A DNA stretch of 24,000 nucleotides from Asaia bogorensis. Its GTDB lineage: Bacteria; Pseudomonadota; Alphaproteobacteria; Rhodospirillales; CAMCUA01. The notes below the pieces were generated by a model. The model did no database searches. It was not told the origin of the DNA and saw only the letters and a program-made list of their open reading frames with translations. Made by a program: the position numbers and the translations under genes. Position 1 is the stretch's first letter, and the number at the start of each line of letters is the position of its first letter. Where the stretch lies: the NCBI GenBank assembly GCA_945878455.1, contig CAMCUA010000002.1, forward strand, positions 13,340 through 37,339. Direction: 5' to 3'. This document shows positions 18,767 to 24,000 of this stretch, piece after piece.

Positions 18767-20071
18767 ATGCGCACCATTCTGTTCTATGTATTCATTGTCC
18801 TGCCGGCATTGCTCATCCTGGCAGTGGGCGGCGTGATCGCCCTTTCCCTGCAAGCCGAGCCAATGGTCGCCACCTCGCCAAGGCTCGATTCGCGCAGCGC
18901 CGACGAAGCCTGGCGGGTCCTACGCCGGTTGGTCGTGACCGCGGCGAAGGCCACCGACGATGTGGTGCTGAACCTCAGCAAGGCCGAACTCGACGGCCTT
19001 CTCGCCCTGGCTTCGCGCGGTATTCCCTTCGTGAATGCCCAGGCGGAATTCAGCCAGGATAGCCTGACGGTGCAGGCGACTCTGACGCTGCCACCCAATC
19101 CATTCGGACGGTACCTCAATCTCAAAGCCGGCGTCCTCGATTCCCGCCAAGGCCTGATACTGGCTCCGGTCAGCACCGGCCGTCTGCAAATTCCCGGCGA
19201 AGCGGTCGAATCTCTGGCCCGCCTCGGCCTCGATGTGGCGCTCGGCAGCAGCAGCGGCGGAATCGTCCTCGACACGATCGACCGCGTCAATGTCGATGCC
19301 CGGCAGATTGCGGTTCACCTCAAATACGATCCGCGCATGGTCGTCCGTTTGAAAAGCTGGGATGAACGTTTGGCCGAGGTTCGCGACCGGGTGCAACCGC
19401 TGGGCGATCCCGCGACGGTGCGCGTCTATTTCTCCCGCCTGATCGACAAAACCCGACAGACAGGCAACGCCCGCGCGCCCTTGACCGACGGCATGGCGGC
19501 AGTCTTTACCCTGGCTCGCGAACGTTCGGTAATCAACGACCCGGTGGTCGAAAATCAGGCCGCCATCCTGGCACTGGCAGGTTTCTATGGTGAAGCCGGT
19601 GTTCTTCGGCTGGTCGGACCGGTCATCACCGAAGAACTTCAATCCAAGATGCCGCGCGGCCGTGTTGCCCTGGTTGCCGGGCGCGAGGACCTGCCGAAGC
19701 ATTTCCTGATTTCGGCAGCGTTGCAGATTATTTCGACCAGCGGTATGTCCCACGCCGTGGGCGAGCTCAAGGAACTGCTCGATACCGGTAAAGGCGGCAC
19801 GGGATTCAGCTTCGTCGACCTGGCCGCCGACCGGGCCGGTGTACGTTGGGCCGAAGTTGCCCTGTCCCGCGACAGCGCCCGGCGGTTGCAGGAGAAGCTG
19901 GCGGCAAACCCCACCGAAGGAGTGTTCTTTCCACCCATCGGTGGATTACAGGAATGGATGCCGCAAGCCACGTTCGAACAACGCTACGGCAATCTCGATG
20001 ATAACCGCTATAAGGCGGTCGTGCGCGACATCGATGCCCGGATCAAGGCGCTGTCCGCTTATGCCAGTTGA
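18767..20071 (+). CDS. Membrane-anchored protein of unknown function (434 aa)
   Basis: An N-terminal TM helix follows ATG 18767 directly (MRTILFYVFIVLPALLILAVGGVIALSL). The third-position GC bias is coding-like, and I recognise no catalytic motif. The ORF-track start at 18614 is less likely. Confidence 0.6.
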   Translation: MRTILFYVFIVLPALLILAVGGVIALSLQAEPMVATSPRLDSRSADEAWRVLRRLVVTAAKATDDVVLNLSKAELDGLLALASRGIPFVNAQAEFSQDSLTVQATLTLPPNPFGRYLNLKAGVLDSRQGLILAPVSTGRLQIPGEAVESLARLGLDVALGSSSGGIVLDTIDRVNVDARQIAVHLKYDPRMVVRLKSWDERLAEVRDRVQPLGDPATVRVYFSRLIDKTRQTGNARAPLTDGMAAVFTLARERSVINDPVVENQAAILALAGFYGEAGVLRLVGPVITEELQSKMPRGRVALVAGREDLPKHFLISAALQIISTSGMSHAVGELKELLDTGKGGTGFSFVDLAADRAGVRWAEVALSRDSARRLQEKLAANPTEGVFFPPIGGLQEWMPQATFEQRYGNLDDNRYKAVVRDIDARIKALSAYAS

Positions 20072-20757
20072 TTTTCCGTCGCGATGTCGCCAAGCGGGAT
20101 GCCGAAGACTTCGGCCAGGAACAGCATGCCGAGCTTGACGCAGTCCTCGTCGATACCATGGCCAAGCCCCGGTCGGCGCACGGCGCGCGCGGGAACACCC
20201 AAGTCCTCCAGCACCTTGGCTGCTTGCCCCAGCGCCTGCACCGGCAGCACCTGATCGGATTCGCCATGGGTCAGCAGCACCGGCGGTCTGGAACGGATTT
20301 CGGCGGTCAGCTGTTCCGGGCCGATCAGCATGCCAGAATAACCGATGATGCCGGCCAGCGGCCGCTCGCGGCGCAGGCCAACGTGCAGCGCCATCATGGT
20401 TCCTTGCGAAAATCCGATCAAAACCAAATTCTTTTCGGCCAGTCCCGCAGCCGCCAGGGCCTCGTCGATAAAGCGGTTAAGGATCGGCGCTGCCGTCAAC
20501 ACGCCGGATTCGCGCGCCTCCATGCTGAAATCACGCAACGAGAACCACTGATGGCCGAATGGCGCCATATCATAGCGTTCCGGTGCGTTGGGCGAAACGA
20601 ACAGGGCTTCGGGCAGCACTCGCTGAAAATATGGAGCCAGGCCGATCAGATCGTTACCGTCGGCGCCGACGCCATGCAACAGTAGCACGAGCTGCTTGGG
20701 TCGGCCGCCGCCCACCGGGGCAAGGCGCGGACCGTCGAGGCTGGGCTGCTCGGACAT
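20059..20757 (-). CDS. Alpha/beta hydrolase, phospholipase/carboxylesterase family
   Basis: It has LVLLLHGVGADGNDL, the nucleophile elbow GFSQG, THGESDQVLP (Asp) and GLGHGI (His). It starts at ATG 20757 (MSEQPSLDG). The 412-aa ORF-track version runs antisense into gluQ and is not supported. Confidence 0.85.
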   Translation of the reverse strand: MSEQPSLDGPRLAPVGGGRPKQLVLLLHGVGADGNDLIGLAPYFQRVLPEALFVSPNAPERYDMAPFGHQWFSLRDFSMEARESGVLTAAPILNRFIDEALAAAGLAEKNLVLIGFSQGTMMALHVGLRRERPLAGIIGYSGMLIGPEQLTAEIRSRPPVLLTHGESDQVLPVQALGQAAKVLEDLGVPARAVRRPGLGHGIDEDCVKLGMLFLAEVFGIPLGDIATENQLA

Positions 20758-20853
20758 GGAAGTCTCCGTCCACAAATAGCCGCCCGGCGACAGGGGCTTG
20801 GTCCCGTCGCCGAAATCGGGCACTGATGATGTTTCCTGCTTAGCGAATTCGAG

Positions 20854-21711
20854 ATGCTCCGCCAAGCCAAGACCGTTACCCGCTTTGCCCCGAGCCCCAC
20901 TGGCCGGCTGCATCTCGGCCACGCCTATGCGGCGCTGTTTGCCGCACGCGCGGCGCGCGACGCTGGCGGCCGCTTCCTCTTGCGTATCGAGGATATCGAT
21001 CCCGGCCGCTGCCGTCCGGAATTCGAAAGCGCCATCTACGAGGATCTGGCCTGGTTGGGCCTGGACTGGGAAATGCCCGTGCGGCAGCAGTCCGAGCATA
21101 TGACCGATTACGCCGCGGTACTCGACAGCTTGGCCGCCCGGCATCTGCTCTATCCCTGCTTTTGCACCCGCCGCGACATCCAAGACGAGATCGCCCGCGC
21201 CGGCCATGCCCCGCACACGCCCGATGGTTTGCGCTATCCCGGCACCTGCCGAAGGATGAGCCCCGCCGAACGCGAGCGCCGCATAGCGGAAGGCCATCCC
21301 TATGCCCTACGTCTCGACATGGAATCAGCCGTCGCCGAAGCCGGTGCTCTGACCTGGCACGATGCGGCGAAGGGCGATATCGATGCCCAGCCGCAACAGT
21401 TCGGCGACGTGGTGCTAGCCCGCAAGGAAATCCCAACCAGCTATCATCTGGCGGTGACGGTCGATGACCACATGCAAGGAGTAACCCTGGTCACTCGCGG
21501 TCACGACCTTTTCGCCGCCACTCATGTACACCGGCTGCTGCAGGCACTGCTCGGGTTCAATGTCCCGAGATGGCATCACCATGACCTATTGCGCGACGAG
21601 TCCGGTCGCCGGGTCGCCAAGCGGGACAATCCCCTGACGTTGCTCGATTTTCGCCTTGCCGGCCGCACCCCGACCGAGGTTCGCCGCTTGGCTGGATTCG
21701 GCGATGTCTAG
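20854..21711 (+). CDS. gluQ: tRNA glutamyl-Q(34) synthetase (GluQRS, truncated GluRS paralog)
   Basis: It has TRFAPSPTGRLHLGH (HIGH motif), LLRIEDID, the Zn-site pattern CFCTRRDI...YPGTCR and SYHLAVTVDD. At about 285 aa it lacks an anticodon-binding domain. Confidence 0.9.
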   Translation: MLRQAKTVTRFAPSPTGRLHLGHAYAALFAARAARDAGGRFLLRIEDIDPGRCRPEFESAIYEDLAWLGLDWEMPVRQQSEHMTDYAAVLDSLAARHLLYPCFCTRRDIQDEIARAGHAPHTPDGLRYPGTCRRMSPAERERRIAEGHPYALRLDMESAVAEAGALTWHDAAKGDIDAQPQQFGDVVLARKEIPTSYHLAVTVDDHMQGVTLVTRGHDLFAATHVHRLLQALLGFNVPRWHHHDLLRDESGRRVAKRDNPLTLLDFRLAGRTPTEVRRLAGFGDV

Positions 21712-22553
21712 CGGTGCAGTCCTTTCAGGATGTCGACATAGTCTGGATGGTCGGGCGAAATCAGGCCGTGGCGGATCAGGAAGTCGATAACCACCAAGGC
21801 ACAGTTGAATTTAAAGCTATCGGTATCGCGTACCGTGGCGATCAACCGTTCCATATCCCAGAGATGGAAGTCTTCGACCTCGCCGTCAGTATTGACCGGC
21901 GTGAATTCGGCCGGCAGTTCCAGGTCGTAGACGAACAGCACATCGTTGCGCAGTCCGTCCGGACGTTCGCCTAGGTAACTGATGGCGCCGACCGGCACGG
22001 CACGCCGCGCGATGGCTGCAGAAATTGCTGCTTCTTCGGCACATTCCTTAATCAGGTTGTCGGCAAGCGACAAACCGGCGGGTTGACCACCCGCCACCAC
22101 CTGATCCCATTGTCCAGGACCTGTAGGCTTGCTCAAGCTGCGCCGGGCGATCCACATGCGCGCATCCGTCTTGCCGCGCACGATGCCGTTGATGTGAATA
22201 CCATAAGCGCGCACCCCAAACAGCGGCACGGCGGCGCGTTCCATGGTCATCAGCGGCGGATCGGCAAACGCCGCCGCCACCGGATAGGCCTCGTCCCGCC
22301 AACCAGCGAACAGTCCCTGGGCATACAGATCGGCCAACACCCTGGCCACCGCCCGCGTCCGGGCCAAGGGCGTTGCCAAGGCATCCGCCACCGCCACCGC
22401 ATCGGCGCTAACGACAAAAACGTCGGGAAAACCCGCCAGCCGTTCGGCAATGTCGGGGGCGACATGACCAACCTGTCGGCCGGCAATGCGGAAAGGCCGA
22501 TAGCGCGAACGCTCGCCCCGGTTACAAGCAGCGATACGGTCTAGAAAGCTCAT
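21708..22553 (-). CDS. Nudix hydrolase with an N-terminal DUF4743-like domain
   Basis: The Nudix-box variant is GGQPAGLSLADNLIKECAEEAAI. I prefer the start at ATG 22553 (MSFLDRIAACN) over GTG 22589. Confidence 0.8.
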   Translation of the reverse strand: MSFLDRIAACNRGERSRYRPFRIAGRQVGHVAPDIAERLAGFPDVFVVSADAVAVADALATPLARTRAVARVLADLYAQGLFAGWRDEAYPVAAAFADPPLMTMERAAVPLFGVRAYGIHINGIVRGKTDARMWIARRSLSKPTGPGQWDQVVAGGQPAGLSLADNLIKECAEEAAISAAIARRAVPVGAISYLGERPDGLRNDVLFVYDLELPAEFTPVNTDGEVEDFHLWDMERLIATVRDTDSFKFNCALVVIDFLIRHGLISPDHPDYVDILKGLHR

Positions 22554-22779
22554 CGGCGTTTCCGAAACATCCTGTGGCAAGGGCGCCACTAGCTATCCTT
22601 GTGCTGTCCCGGGGTCAAGATCAGCGGACACCCATAATTTTGCCCAAATTATCGTCATTTATTGCGGTTGCTTCTTTGTCGCGTCTGCACCCTATCGGAA
22701 ATAGCTACTCGCGCATTAGTATCTATCGACAATTGATTTTCAGCCTCGAAACCAAGCCTTCCGCACAAGGATCGATGCC

Positions 22780-24000
22780 ATAAACCGCAAAATACTGGCA
22801 GGCTGCCTGTCCGCAGCCTTGGTTGTTGTCATAGCCATCGGCCTTATGTCTCGGAAGGCTGACGACCCGCCCCCGGGACCGGAAGCCGCCGCCAACGGGG
22901 CCAACCCACCGCCGGCGATGCCACCACCAGCCGATACAAGCACACAGACAACAACAGCCGCTGTTACGTTAGCAGCAGAAATGTCCTTTCGACGGCTGTC
23001 GTTCGATGCGGATGGTGACCGGCCTGAAGCCTGTTTGGAGTTCAGCCTGCCGTTGACCGATTCCCTGGATGTCCGCTACGCCGATTACATTCGGTTGCGC
23101 CCAGCGGCGTCGTCCAGCCTGCGTGTCGATGGCACCCGGCTCTGCATCAGCGGGTTGGTCTATGGCGCGCAATACTCGGCGACAATCATGGCCGGACTGC
23201 CTGCGCTGTCGGGTGCGCGTACGGGCGCCGATGAGCATGTGCCGATCTCCATGTTCGACCGGCCGCCACTCGTTGCCTTTACCGAAGGCGGTTTCATACT
23301 ACCGCGAACCTCCACCGGACTGAGCATTCAGACTGTCAACGTCGACCGTCTAGATGTTCGCGTTTTGCACATCGGCGACCGCCAGGCCATTTGGCGTCTG
23401 GGCGCACTGCGGACCCCTGGTCGCTACTCCCATTATGACATCGAAACACTCACGGAACGCTACGCGACGGAAGTCTGGCGTGGCGAAATGGTCGTACAGA
23501 ACCGCCGCAACGAGGCGATCACGACCGTATTTCCAATTGGCCAAGCGGTACCTCAGCGCAAACCAGGACTGTATGTTGTCACAGCACAACCCTCGCTCGA
23601 CATCGCCAACGAGGGCCGAACCTACAGGCAGGTCGCAGCACATTACGTGGTCGAAACCAACATCGCGCTCAGCACCCTGTCCGGAGCCGATGGTCTGCAC
23701 GTTGTGGCAAAGTCGCTGGAATCGGCCAAACCGCTGCCCGGCGTCAGACTATCCCTGATTGCCAGGGGCAACGACGAACTGGCCAATCTGGTAAGCGACG
23801 AATCCGGTCATGTCGTCTTCCCCCCAGGACTGTTGCGCGGCCAAGGCGGGGCGCAACCCACTTCCGTCATGGCTTTTTCCGACAGCGGCGACTTCGCTAT
23901 CCTCGATCTCAACCGGCCGGCGTTCGATCTGTCCGACCGTGGCGTTTCGGGCCGCGACATGCCGGGCGCGTATGATGCCTACCTATATACTGATCGGGGC
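22780..24000 (+). CDS. Bacterial alpha-2-macroglobulin family protein, N-terminal part. The gene continues past the window and its start codon is uncertain.
   Basis: This gene is not in the ORF track because it has no stop. By manual translation, frame 1 is open from 22720 to 24000. The product has a signal-anchor (NRKILAGCLSAALVVVIAIGLM), a Pro/Ala/Thr linker and then typical A2M N-terminal sequence (LEFSLPL...YIRLRP, GLVYGAQYSATIMAGLPA, GLSIQTVNVDRLDVRVLHIGDR, KPGLYVVTA, FAILDLNRPAFDLSDRGVSGRDMPGAYDAYLYTDRG). Confidence 0.8.
   Translation, partial: MNRKILAGCLSAALVVVIAIGLMSRKADDPPPGPEAAANGANPPPAMPPPADTSTQTTTAAVTLAAEMSFRRLSFDADGDRPEACLEFSLPLTDSLDVRYADYIRLRPAASSSLRVDGTRLCISGLVYGAQYSATIMAGLPALSGARTGADEHVPISMFDRPPLVAFTEGGFILPRTSTGLSIQTVNVDRLDVRVLHIGDRQAIWRLGALRTPGRYSHYDIETLTERYATEVWRGEMVVQNRRNEAITTVFPIGQAVPQRKPGLYVVTAQPSLDIANEGRTYRQVAAHYVVETNIALSTLSGADGLHVVAKSLESAKPLPGVRLSLIARGNDELANLVSDESGHVVFPPGLLRGQGGAQPTSVMAFSDSGDFAILDLNRPAFDLSDRGVSGRDMPGAYDAYLYTDRG

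Noticed and set aside
20785-20812. An imperfect 10-bp hairpin (CGGCGAC-A-GGG ... CCCGTCGCCG) in the divergent esterase/gluQ spacer
   Set aside because: It is a single occurrence with one bulge and no recognisable promoter elements around it. It is too weak to interpret.
20758-21297. 180-aa N-terminal extension of the esterase ORF (the ORF track gives 412 aa)
   Set aside because: The extension runs antisense through the well-supported gluQ gene and has junk composition. The esterase homology starts at ATG 20757 (MSEQPSLDG), which gives the normal length of about 230 aa for this family.
22795-22806. A lipobox-like L-A-G-C at the A2M N-terminus (E. coli-type A2M is a lipoprotein)
   Set aside because: The Cys would lie only about 8 residues after the most plausible start. 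The hydrophobic stretch follows the Cys rather than preceding it, so it does not form a lipoprotein signal peptide. A signal-anchor is the better reading.

Overview
This is a visibly GC-rich chromosomal segment. From the flavour of the proteins it looks like core alphaproteobacterial DNA, possibly Rhodospirillales-like, but the taxon is inference only. I can support 22 protein-coding genes. I found no rRNA, tRNA, CRISPR array, IS, transposase, integrase or phage gene.

Gene order:
- two tandem aldo/keto reductases, the first cut by the window edge
- a three-gene type I secretion locus: TolC-like OMP, LssB/HlyB-type ABC exporter and HlyD adaptor
- an enolase-superfamily enzyme
- an orphan TonB
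- a rhomboid protease and Sel1-repeat protein pair on the minus strand
- an NRDE/TANGO2-family protein
- the purC-purS-purQ-purL purine operon
- a TauD/TfdA dioxygenase
- rpsD
- a conserved HNH protein
- an uncharacterised membrane-anchored protein
- a carboxylesterase-type alpha/beta hydrolase
- gluQ
- a DUF4743-type Nudix hydrolase
- the 5' part of a bacterial alpha-2-macroglobulin gene, which runs off the window and is missing from the ORF track

I do not see convincing evidence for a new multi-gene defence, mobile or toxin system. Most of the window is housekeeping.

Items most worth a second look:
1. The T1SS outer-membrane gene is split by one in-frame TAG, while its ABC and MFP partners are intact and no cargo gene is nearby.
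2. The alpha-2-macroglobulin gene has a textbook signal-anchor that no canonical start codon can reach. An ATA codon with a well-spaced SD is the best candidate start.
3. The full-length AKR has Cys where the catalytic Tyr should be.
4. A rhomboid protease is translationally coupled (ATGA) to a secreted Sel1-repeat protein.
5. There are candidate leader and operator structures upstream of purC, rpsD and the HNH gene.

The many long antisense and alternate-frame ORFs in the track are typical high-GC artefacts.
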